Source: Chitinophagaceae bacterium
GTDB lineage: Bacteria > Bacteroidota > Bacteroidia > Chitinophagales > Chitinophagaceae
NCBI GenBank assembly: GCA_039811185.1
Contig: JBDHYF010000001.1
Location: 34,458-98,457 of the forward strand
Reading direction: 5' to 3'
DNA: 64,000 nt
Made by a program: the position numbers and the translations under genes. The notes beneath the pieces were generated by a model that did not search any database, was not told the DNA's origin, and saw only the letters and a list, made by a program, of their open reading frames with translations. Numbering within the stretch: the first letter of the stretch is position 1; each line of letters starts with the position of its first letter. Below are positions 44,001 to 51,499 of this stretch, piece by piece.

Positions 44001-46631
44001 GGCCCGTATCAGGTTGCCCTTGGCATCCGTATTTACGATAGAGGCCGTGTGGGTGTTGGAGGTGGTAAGAAAATTCCAGGGCTTTTTACCTTCCGGTACC
44101 TTTAAGCCAACGTAGCTTTTGTACGGGCTGAACGGCAGGCTTAAAGTTTTCATGCTGAAGGCGCCACCCGGTTCGAAAACTTTCACTAAGAAATTTGCTT
44201 TCATCATTCCCGGCGCTCCATTATCGTCATCGGTTTTCACATGCACCTTCATTTGCCCTTCGTTATTGAGTGTAGCGTCGAACAAGTTCAGGGTGCGGCT
44301 TTGCGGCGCCGCTGTTGGGTTGCTGAACACATAGTTTTTAAACAGCGGAAAGGCCGTTTTAGCAGCTGAAAACGATACCTCGCCGGTTGCTTTCAGGTTA
44401 CGGGCCGGCGCGCCAAAAAGCCATGCCGCCGTTAGGAGGCCGCTGTTATCGCTGCCCGCCATCAAAAGTGAATCACTTCCAAAATCGAGATTCACCTTTA
44501 GACGGTTCGGCATTACCGTTTCGATCTTAATTGTTTTTTCAAATGTGGCGCCGCCTGCTCTTATTTTTACCTGCCAGTTGCCTGTGGGTGCATCGGCATC
44601 GGTTGCAATTTTGAAAACATTGTATCCACCGGAATTTTTTTTCTGAACCACCTTTTTGTATAGCTGGCCCAAAGGATTGATGAGTTCAAATTCCAACGGA
44701 TGGTCCTCGGGGAGCCCGGATTGATTTTGTTCAATGAAAGAAATGAAGAGCGAATCGCCGGGCCGCCAAACGCCTCTTTCACCAAAAATAAATCCCTTCA
44801 CTCCGTTCTTCACTTCCTCACCCGATATGTCGAACCGGCTTAGTGGAAGATTACTGCCGGCATCTACTTTCAGGTAACCTTTTTCCTTTCCATCAGATAC
44901 CATGATCAGAAACGGCGTTTTTGTGAGCGTTGCAGCAGCAATACCATATTTATCTGACCGTATTGTTTGTAACACTTGCTGCTGATAATCGAGAAACTTT
45001 ATTTCTGCATCTTCAACCGGAGCAGCCGTCAGCATATTGGTAACAATCACGTGCATATCATTGCCGGCGCCTTTGTGTGCAATGATGCCGATGTTGCTTG
45101 CAAGAATATTCCGGCTTTCAAATTTTTCACGGCTGTAATAGGAACTGAAGCAAGGATTATCGCGATTTTCCCAATCGAATCCAAACGGATAATAGTTTTC
45201 AAAACGACTCCAAAATGCAGAGGCATCATCGAGATCATCTTCATAATCGGTATCATAATAAGTTTCATTGTTGCTGATGCCGGATGTACATTCGTACAAG
45301 CTGTATTCCGGTCTAAAGCCGATGGTAACATTATAAATAGCGCCGGGCTCGGCTTTGAAAAATTTATCAATATCGAGCGTGAAACGCTGTCGCTGCCGCA
45401 GGTTCAGGGTTTTATCATCATCGAGGCGAATGGTTTTCTGCACCACAGGCGTGGCTACCTGGCGCAACCAGTTGCTGCCGCTGAAGTCGTTACTCTGGAA
45501 GAACTGAGGAATATTGTTTTCGTAAATTTTTATGATGCTCACATCCACCGCTGCCAAATTGATGGCCGTGAATGGCAACACGAGGCGGCCTTCGTGCGGC
45601 AGAATATTCCCTTTGCTGACAATTACCACTGACGGTTTTCTTGTATCGAAAGAAAGTGTGGATGCATAGTACTTCAACAATGCGGTTCCTTTCTTGTTTT
45701 CTATTCCTCTGCTGATGTTAACGGTATATTCGCCGGCTGCGTTTTCAGCAAGATAAACTTTTACTTCGCTGCCGTTGATGGCATAAGAAAGTTGTTCCGA
45801 ATTACTCACGGTAATAAGGCCGGTCAGGTTCTGAGAAATGTTTAACTGATCGCTGAAAAGAACGGAAATATATTGACCTCCGGCATTCACCGCGCGAACA
45901 TCTAACAGGCTGAACTCCGCAGCAGCAGGCACTTTCAGCAGCTTACTTCCCTCCGACTTGCTGCCAATGCTTTTGCCATTCCATTTCAGCAGCAGAGAAT
46001 CGTTGTTAGCAGCGCGAACGATGTTTCGAATAATGAAATCGTGCTTTTTTATTTGAGGCTGATGCTGCCAGCTAACCTTCATCGCATCGCTGTTGTGTGC
46101 AACAGTCAGGAGTTTCTCCACTGCTTTTTCATCTTCGAAGTCGGATGTTTCAATTGTTCCTTCCAAAAACATCAAACCCACATTATCGCTGCTTCGCAGG
46201 CCTTTTTCCGTTACAGAAAACGACGGCGGCAAAACCTCTATGTTGAATTGAAACTCATTGAATTTTTTCGGCACATCCATCACCTTGTCCAAAAAAAACG
46301 TTACCGTATATAATTTGCCCGCATCCATTGGTTCGTCGGGCACAAACTCTACGGTACGAGCATCCGTCCAAAACGTTTTTCCGCTCACAGCCGGTGAAAA
46401 TGAAAATAGTCTTTCCTTTGTTTCCCCCAGTGCATGCACCGTTTTTGCCCCGGCGGCCAACTGAACTTTTACTGCCGATTTTTTTGAAACAGCACCTGAC
46501 GTAAAAGCAGCGACATACTTGTTGATATCCGGATCTACATTTACAATGCTTTCTTTTTTACCGCAGGAAAAAATCGTTACTGACAGCAAGACTAAAAACG
46601 ACAAGCCGAAGGGTGCTTTCAATACAGACAT
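41082..46631 (-). CDS. Bacterial alpha-2-macroglobulin family lipoprotein with intact thioester
   Basis: 1849 aa with a lipobox (TIFSC). YPHGCAEQ thioester motif; CAEQ is encoded at 42441-42452. It is paired with pbpC downstream. Confidence 0.9.
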   Translation of the reverse strand: MSVLKAPFGLSFLVLLSVTIFSCGKKESIVNVDPDINKYVAAFTSGAVSKKSAVKVQLAAGAKTVHALGETKERLFSFSPAVSGKTFWTDARTVEFVPDEPMDAGKLYTVTFFLDKVMDVPKKFNEFQFNIEVLPPSFSVTEKGLRSSDNVGLMFLEGTIETSDFEDEKAVEKLLTVAHNSDAMKVSWQHQPQIKKHDFIIRNIVRAANNDSLLLKWNGKSIGSKSEGSKLLKVPAAAEFSLLDVRAVNAGGQYISVLFSDQLNISQNLTGLITVSNSEQLSYAINGSEVKVYLAENAAGEYTVNISRGIENKKGTALLKYYASTLSFDTRKPSVVIVSKGNILPHEGRLVLPFTAINLAAVDVSIIKIYENNIPQFFQSNDFSGSNWLRQVATPVVQKTIRLDDDKTLNLRQRQRFTLDIDKFFKAEPGAIYNVTIGFRPEYSLYECTSGISNNETYYDTDYEDDLDDASAFWSRFENYYPFGFDWENRDNPCFSSYYSREKFESRNILASNIGIIAHKGAGNDMHVIVTNMLTAAPVEDAEIKFLDYQQQVLQTIRSDKYGIAAATLTKTPFLIMVSDGKEKGYLKVDAGSNLPLSRFDISGEEVKNGVKGFIFGERGVWRPGDSLFISFIEQNQSGLPEDHPLEFELINPLGQLYKKVVQKKNSGGYNVFKIATDADAPTGNWQVKIRAGGATFEKTIKIETVMPNRLKVNLDFGSDSLLMAGSDNSGLLTAAWLFGAPARNLKATGEVSFSAAKTAFPLFKNYVFSNPTAAPQSRTLNLFDATLNNEGQMKVHVKTDDDNGAPGMMKANFLVKVFEPGGAFSMKTLSLPFSPYKSYVGLKVPEGKKPWNFLTTSNTHTASIVNTDAKGNLIRADRRLEVTFYKVQWRWWWDRSGFEFTNFTQDKYNKLISKQEVTTTNGKADWRFSVPENAWGRYLILVKDIASGHTTGDVVYMDDPGWQSRNNFEDPTAASMLSFTSNKNSYKPGDDITITIPGTNNGKGLVTITSGSRVLKTWWVDTKAGQTQFTFKAEKSYAPNVYASVSLLQPYGQTVNDLPIRMYGVIPIQVEDKETVLYPVIEMPAVIRPEQNTSVTISEKNNKPMWYSIAIVDDGLLDLTNYKTPAPHKYFYAREALWVKTWDIYDFVIGAWGSNIERILTIGGDEGINYNRQPRGANRFPPVVKFMGPFKLDKGKKKHDFLLPQYAGSVRVMVVAAGNDAYGSEEKTVQVKKPVMVLGTLPRVLSPGEEIQLPVTVFTTENNIKTVQLSLQTNNLFDVGTVGSQPLHFTGQGEQTVFFTLKVRNTTGVGKVKIVAAAGKEKAEYNAELNVRNANPFVTTASAETVAAGASWSGTLPTFGDVKTNTHTLEISSSPPISLEKHLSFLIHYPHGCAEQITSAVFAQLYLGRLTDLTASEKASVEKNIKAGIASLANFQTPDGGFSYWPGQREADDWATTYAGHFLLLAQKEGFNVPTQMMNGWIGFQRSKAASWAPATTQFFGADLAQAYRLFTLALAKASDLGAMNRLKSFKYLSNAAKWRLAAAYTLAGQQSTAANIISGSAISSDEPQAGNGTYGSALRDDAMVLESLLLMGKTQQAARVLDKVAAALSQDSWYSTQTTAYALLAVAEFAGKNADGRKMIAEVTINGKTQSVNSSGYLSRIEIPSGNVAPSVRVRNKGANQLFIRTITSGQPLTGEKLELKNNPALLKMNVSYLSKNKQPLNISALQQGTDFVAKISVTNPGGRGVYKRMALTQIILSGWEILNTRLVESEGGFVSSAMQYQNIRDDRALTYFDLKPMETKVFYLRLTAAYTGRFYLPAIICNEMYNENIQAVTNGQWVEVQKDERK

Positions 46632-46765
46632 GATGATGATTTAATATGGAAGTTTAAATATAAACAGAAGATTCACTCTGCATGCCGAACGCTTGAGAAA
46701 ATGGAAAACTTAATTACCGATAACCGCATAGAAAGAATTACTTTAGAATTTAAACAAATGCTGCT

Positions 46766-47923
46766 ATGAACACCCTGACGGCCTTTATGTATCCCATCGT
46801 TTTATTACTGCTGAGTTGTAATAATACTGAACCCGCTTTGAGCGAAGACCATGTGCTGATGGACTCTTCATCTGTTTTGAAAAGCGAAAAAAAAGAAGTT
46901 GATTTTGTTCGGCTACCCGCAGGTTTCAGCATCAGTGTTTTTGCGGCAGTGCCGAATGCAAGGAGCCTTTGTTTGGGAGAAAAAGGAACGGTGTTTATCG
47001 GCAACCGTGCTGAGAACAGTGTATATGCTGCGCGGGACTTAAATAGTGATGGCAAAGCCGACAAAGTTTATAAAATTGCCGACGGCCTAGATATGCCCAA
47101 CGGCGTCGCCTTTAGAAACGGGAACTTGTATGTTGCTACCGTAAGCCGCGTGCTTTGTTTCAACAACATCGAATCGGAACTGGATAACCCTCCCAAACCT
47201 GTTGTCGTGTACGATCAATATCCTTCTAAAAAGCACCACGGGTGGAAATACATTGCGTTTGGGCCCGATGGTTTGTTGTATGTTCCTGTTGGCGCGCCTT
47301 GCAACGTATGTAAGGAAAAAGACAAGATTTATTCAACCATCACCACGCTTAATCTTGCCACTAAGGAAAGAAAAATATTTGCTGAAGGCATCCGGAACAC
47401 CGTTGGCTTCGACTGGCATCCCGTAACAAAGGCGCTTTGGTTTACGGACAACGGCCGTGATATGATGGGCGACGATATTCCAAACGACGAATTAAATCAT
47501 GCACCGGAAGCCGGTATGCACTTTGGGTTTCCGTTTTGTCATCAGGGAAATATTCCCGATCCGGAATTTGGGAAGCCCTGCGGAAACTATGTTTCGCCTA
47601 AAGCGCTGTTGGGGCCGCACGTTGCTGCATTGGGCATGAAGTTTTATACGGGCAAATCGTTTCCGGCAAAATACCAAAATCAAATTTTTATAGCTGAACA
47701 CGGCAGTTGGAACAGAAGTAAACCAATCGGCTATCGTGTAGGCGTTGCGTATCTGCAAGGAAACCGTGTGGTGAAATACGAAACGTTCGCCGATGGCTGG
47801 CTGCAAAACGGCGCTGTAAAAGGCCGGCCGGTAGATGTTTTAAACATGCCTGATGGAAGCATATTGGTGAGCGACGATTATGCGGGCAAAGTTTACAGGA
47901 TAAGCTATCGCAAGCTATCTTAA
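46766..47923 (+). CDS. PQQ-dependent sugar (sorbosone/glucose) dehydrogenase-family lipoprotein
   Basis: Lipobox (LLLLSC) and beta-propeller blocks (PNGVAFRNGNLYVA, HGWKYIAFGPDGLLYV, GIRNTVGFDWHP, WFTDNGRD). Confidence 0.75.
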   Translation: MNTLTAFMYPIVLLLLSCNNTEPALSEDHVLMDSSSVLKSEKKEVDFVRLPAGFSISVFAAVPNARSLCLGEKGTVFIGNRAENSVYAARDLNSDGKADKVYKIADGLDMPNGVAFRNGNLYVATVSRVLCFNNIESELDNPPKPVVVYDQYPSKKHHGWKYIAFGPDGLLYVPVGAPCNVCKEKDKIYSTITTLNLATKERKIFAEGIRNTVGFDWHPVTKALWFTDNGRDMMGDDIPNDELNHAPEAGMHFGFPFCHQGNIPDPEFGKPCGNYVSPKALLGPHVAALGMKFYTGKSFPAKYQNQIFIAEHGSWNRSKPIGYRVGVAYLQGNRVVKYETFADGWLQNGAVKGRPVDVLNMPDGSILVSDDYAGKVYRISYRKLS

Positions 47924-48026
47924 TATTTTACACGTAAAAACTCAGAAAAAGTTAAGCGAAGCTAAAGGCATTATGAAAATTAGATTAAGATTGCCGAAGG
48001 TTGATTGTAGTGCAGACCAATAGAAA

Positions 48027-48034
48027 TAAATTTG
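48027..48034 (+). promoter_or_regulatory. -7 box TAAATTTG upstream of the 30-codon mini-ORF
   Basis: Exact match 18 nt upstream of ATG 48053. Confidence 0.45.
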
Positions 48035-48052
48035 AAACTGAAATAACAAAAT

Positions 48053-48145
48053 ATGCTAACACTGAAATCCATCCTCCAGACTTTATTAGATATTATTTTT
48101 GGAAATGATAAGCAGTTACAACCCATTCCTGTAAAATCTAAATAA
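48053..48145 (+). CDS. Candidate 30-aa small ORF (MLTLKSILQTLLDIIFGNDKQLQPIPVKSK), or a non-coding sRNA
   Basis: ATG preceded by an A-rich stretch, with a -7 box at 48027-48034 and a strong terminator at 48176-48205. No homology was assessed. Confidence 0.3.
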   Translation: MLTLKSILQTLLDIIFGNDKQLQPIPVKSK

Positions 48146-48175
48146 CAACCCGATTTATTCTCGATAAACCCTGAG

Positions 48176-48205
48176 TTACCCCTTCTGAGGGGTAATTTTT
48201 ATTTT
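48176..48205 (+). terminator. Rho-independent terminator ending the plus-strand mini-transcript
   Basis: Perfect 8-bp stem TTACCCCT/AGGGGTAA with loop TCTG, followed by TTTTTATTTTT. The rSAM stop codon lies inside the T tract. Confidence 0.75.
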
Positions 48206-49230
48206 TCCCATACGGTAAGTCCTTCGCTGCAATTTGCACAGATGTCGATGTTTTTACGGCTTTTGGTTAGCTCGCTTCTAAACTGACGATAGTTTTCGTT
48301 ATTCCAGATTTCTTTAAAGCTCTGAGTCCTTAAATTGCCGAGGCGGTGCATAGCATCTTTATCGAAGCAACAAGGCACTACCATTCCGTCCCAGGTAATA
48401 ACGTTTGCGTGCCACAGCTTCCAGCAATGATTTTTCATGGAGCTGCGAATGCTGGTTTTGCCGTCCTTATCCTTTTTATAGCGACTATATTTTTGGATGG
48501 TTGGAATGAGCTGATGCGGGTCTGTTTCATAATCGTAAACCTGCGCTGTTTTAAAACGCACCTGATCTACGCCCACCTCTTTCGCCAGCTTTTTCACCTC
48601 TTCAATCTGGTGTTCGTTAGGCTTTACAACAAGAAACTGAAAAAAGATGAATGGCGTTTTACTGTTTAGTTCTTTCTTCCACTTTACAATGTTTTTTGCG
48701 CCCTGAATTACTTTCTCCAGGTTGCCGCCAATGCGGTACTGCCGGTAAACATCCTGCGTGGTTCCGTCGATAGAAATAATTAACCGGTCGAGTCCGCTTT
48801 CAACGGTTTTGCGTGCAATCTCATCTGTGAGATAATGGGCGTTGGTTGATGTAGCCGTATATATCTTTTTATCGGAAGCATACTTCACCATGCTTAAAAA
48901 CTGCTTGTTCAAATAAGGTTCGCCCTGAAAATAGAAGATCAGGTACAGCAGTTCTTTATGAATTTCATTGATGGTGGATTTAAAAAAATCTTCCTGAAGC
49001 ATGCCCGTTGGGCGTGTAAAAGCGCGCATACCGCTTGGACATTCGGGGCACCTCAGGTTGCACGATGTAGTTGGTTCGAATGAGATGGAAACCGGATAGC
49101 CCCATTGTACCGGCCGCTTTAATATTTTAGTAACCGTGAAGCTTGAGTAAACTTGTATCATATTCCAAACCCGGCGGATGCTAAGTTTTCTGAGGATGTT
49201 GACACTGTCGTTCCAATTGAAGTAAGGCAT
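48199..49230 (-). CDS. Radical SAM enzyme with C-terminal SPASM/twitch-like Cys cluster
   Basis: CNLRCPECPSG is a CxxxCxxC motif, and the C-terminus reads CWKLW...DGMVVPCCFD...CANC. The start could be ATG 49230 or ATG 49161. Confidence 0.8.
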   Translation of the reverse strand: MPYFNWNDSVNILRKLSIRRVWNMIQVYSSFTVTKILKRPVQWGYPVSISFEPTTSCNLRCPECPSGMRAFTRPTGMLQEDFFKSTINEIHKELLYLIFYFQGEPYLNKQFLSMVKYASDKKIYTATSTNAHYLTDEIARKTVESGLDRLIISIDGTTQDVYRQYRIGGNLEKVIQGAKNIVKWKKELNSKTPFIFFQFLVVKPNEHQIEEVKKLAKEVGVDQVRFKTAQVYDYETDPHQLIPTIQKYSRYKKDKDGKTSIRSSMKNHCWKLWHANVITWDGMVVPCCFDKDAMHRLGNLRTQSFKEIWNNENYRQFRSELTKSRKNIDICANCSEGLTVWEK

Positions 49231-49291
49231 GTGTAAAAATACGGAACAATGCCATCTGCGGTTTTGGAATGCGATAAACCCTTAAAAAAAT

Positions 49292-49299
49292 TAACTTTG
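49292..49299 (+). promoter_or_regulatory. -7 box TAACTTTG abutting the M1 peptidase start
   Basis: Exact match with 5 nt between the box and ATG 49305. Confidence 0.45.
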
Positions 49300-49304
49300 A
49301 AAGC

Positions 49305-51230
49305 ATGAGATGGCTGCTTGTTTTTATTAGCTGCTGCCTTGCTTTTGCCGGGCAGGCGCAGGAAACATTTTCCGGACGGTTGTCCTGTTCGCATCAAAAA
49401 CAATTCAGCGCAGCGAAACATGCAGAGGCGATTTCGGGCGCCGGTGATAACTTTCATGTACATCATTACCGATGTAACTGGAAGCTTGATCCGGCAGTCA
49501 GGTGGATTGAAGGCGCTGTGAAAATCAGCTTTCGAACGCTTGCCCAAAGCGACTCTATTGTACTTGATTTAACCGATAAGCTGATGGTAGACAGCGTGCT
49601 TTTCGATCAACAAAAAATTAGTTTTACGCAGCGCTCCAATAAAACGCTGTCGCTTTATTTTCCCTCCACCATTCCTCAAAACAGCTATGCCGCAGCAACT
49701 GTGTTCTACCATGGTGAACCGGATATTTCTGCTTTTGGCTCATTCATCACAACACTTCATAACAATACACCGGTGTTGTGGACCTTGAGTGAGCCTTTTG
49801 GTTCACGTGATTGGTGGCCGTGTAAGAACAACGTGGGCGAAAAAGCCGACAGCATCGACATCACCATTCAATATCCGGCGCAGTATACGGCTTCATCAAA
49901 CGGGCTGTTGTTCAGCGAAAGCGAAGCCAATGGGTTTAAAACATCGCATTTTAAACACCGTTATCCAATTGCCTCCTATCTCGTTGCCGTCGCCATTACG
50001 AATTATTCTGTGATCTACGATTCTGTAACAATGGGTCAAAAACGTTTTGCTCTATTGCACTATGTATATCCGGAAGATTTGGCCGTATGGCAGGCACAGG
50101 CCCCCGCAGTTAAAAATGCCTTTACGAATTTTTATAACTGGATGGGCGACTATCCATTTGATAAAGAAAAATATGCGCAAACACAGTTCTCGTGGGGTGG
50201 CGGAATGGAACATCAAACCAATTCGTTTATCTCCGGAACGGACGAATATCTTATGGCCCACGAGTTGGCGCATCAGTGGTTCGGCGACAAATTATCCATT
50301 TCTGACTGGCGCCATCTTTGGCTGAACGAAGGCTTTGCAACCTTTTTCGGGTTGTTGAACTTTAAAGTTACCAACCGGCCCTGGTACGATTATCTGATGA
50401 AAGTGCAGCGTGACAATGTAATTGCCGAACCCGGCGGCTCCGTTTGGGTAGATGATGTAAGCGATGTAAATCGTCTTTTCAATGGGCGCCTCACCTACGA
50501 CAAAGGCGCTTGCTTTATACGAATGCTCAACATCTTGTTAGGCGATGAAAAGTTCTTTAAACTGATAAAAGATTATACAAATCATTTATCGTTTGCGTAT
50601 AAAAGCATTGCAACAGAAGACTTTCAGCAACTTGCAGAAAAATATTACGGAGGCCCGCTCGACTTCTTCTTTGATCAATGGATAAAGAAAGAAGGATACC
50701 CAACCTATCATATCAACTGGTATCAGAACATGAATCATTGGGCTAAAATTAAAGTGCATCAAACCACTTCACATCCTTCGGTAAGTTATTTTAAAACCGC
50801 TGTGCCGCTTACCTTTAAGTCGTTCGGAAACACATTCAGTACCACCGCCTTTTTCTCTAAGCAAGACGATGAAATATGGATAAACGTTGGCTTTGCAGCC
50901 GACACGCTCATTATAGATGAAGCGTATCTCACACTGAGTGGCAGCAACACGAGCGTGAAAACCGGGTATCCCGGCGCTTCTGCTGTGCGCATATTCCCTG
51001 TTCCGGCGCAGGATGTTTTAAACGTTGAAATTAAAAATCCTGCAACCCAATCGTATTATGTTTATGTGGTAAATGCTGAAGGCCGCACCCTGTTGCAGAA
51101 AGAACTCACAGCCGACGGCTACGATCAGATATTTCAAATTCCGGTTCAGTCGCTGGCAAAAGGATGGTACTATATCCGCGTTTCCAACAGCAAAGAAGTT
51201 TTGTTGCAGCAGAGCTTTTTACGTCACTGA
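49305..51230 (+). CDS. M1-family zinc aminopeptidase with T9SS C-terminal sorting domain
   Basis: Signal peptide, HELAHQWFGD plus WLNEGFATF (HExxH-x18-E), and a C-terminal about 80 aa (IFPVPAQDVLNVEI...GWYYIRV) that looks like a type A Por secretion tail. Confidence 0.85.
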   Translation: MRWLLVFISCCLAFAGQAQETFSGRLSCSHQKQFSAAKHAEAISGAGDNFHVHHYRCNWKLDPAVRWIEGAVKISFRTLAQSDSIVLDLTDKLMVDSVLFDQQKISFTQRSNKTLSLYFPSTIPQNSYAAATVFYHGEPDISAFGSFITTLHNNTPVLWTLSEPFGSRDWWPCKNNVGEKADSIDITIQYPAQYTASSNGLLFSESEANGFKTSHFKHRYPIASYLVAVAITNYSVIYDSVTMGQKRFALLHYVYPEDLAVWQAQAPAVKNAFTNFYNWMGDYPFDKEKYAQTQFSWGGGMEHQTNSFISGTDEYLMAHELAHQWFGDKLSISDWRHLWLNEGFATFFGLLNFKVTNRPWYDYLMKVQRDNVIAEPGGSVWVDDVSDVNRLFNGRLTYDKGACFIRMLNILLGDEKFFKLIKDYTNHLSFAYKSIATEDFQQLAEKYYGGPLDFFFDQWIKKEGYPTYHINWYQNMNHWAKIKVHQTTSHPSVSYFKTAVPLTFKSFGNTFSTTAFFSKQDDEIWINVGFAADTLIIDEAYLTLSGSNTSVKTGYPGASAVRIFPVPAQDVLNVEIKNPATQSYYVYVVNAEGRTLLQKELTADGYDQIFQIPVQSLAKGWYYIRVSNSKEVLLQQSFLRH

Positions 51231-51262
51231 TAAAAGTTTCCTACCTTTAAAAAAATGCGCAT

Positions 51263-51499
51263 ATGGATCCGGCGTTGAAGGCATATTTTAAGAGGGTACT
51301 GGTTTCTTTTATGTTTGGTTTTATCTGGCTGTTTATTATAGCTATTGCCGGCGCCTATTTTAACCTCGCATTTTTCGATCGCACCATCTCGGGTTTAAAC
51401 ATTGCCTATTATCTCTATGTAATTATAAGTACAGTGGTGCTGGTAAAAATTCTTTTGTGGAAGTGGGCAAAGCCTATAGAAGGAATTGAAAAGCACTAA
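51263..51499 (+). CDS. Small two-TM membrane protein
   Basis: 78 aa with two hydrophobic helices. There is a 4-nt convergent overlap with the next gene. Confidence 0.45.
   Translation: MDPALKAYFKRVLVSFMFGFIWLFIIAIAGAYFNLAFFDRTISGLNIAYYLYVIISTVVLVKILLWKWAKPIEGIEKH

Noticed and set aside
44976-45632. 218-aa ORF antisense to the alpha-2-macroglobulin gene; similar antisense ORFs lie at 3690-4298, 15200-15784 and 18123-18635
   Set aside because: All lie wholly inside well-supported genes on the opposite strand. They have no promoter boxes and no recognisable motifs, as is typical of shadow frames.
47973-48023. 16-codon ORF MKIRLRLPKVDCSADQ in the same spacer
   Set aside because: It is very short, I found no promoter box upstream, and it ends before the -7 box of the mini-unit. 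It is most likely chance.
48053-48145. Mini-ORF as a PqqA-like precursor, given the PQQ-type dehydrogenase and rSAM/SPASM neighbours
   Set aside because: The peptide has no Tyr and no E-x3-Y motif. No pqqB/C/D genes are present, and the rSAM enzyme lacks PqqE-like features that I can recognise.
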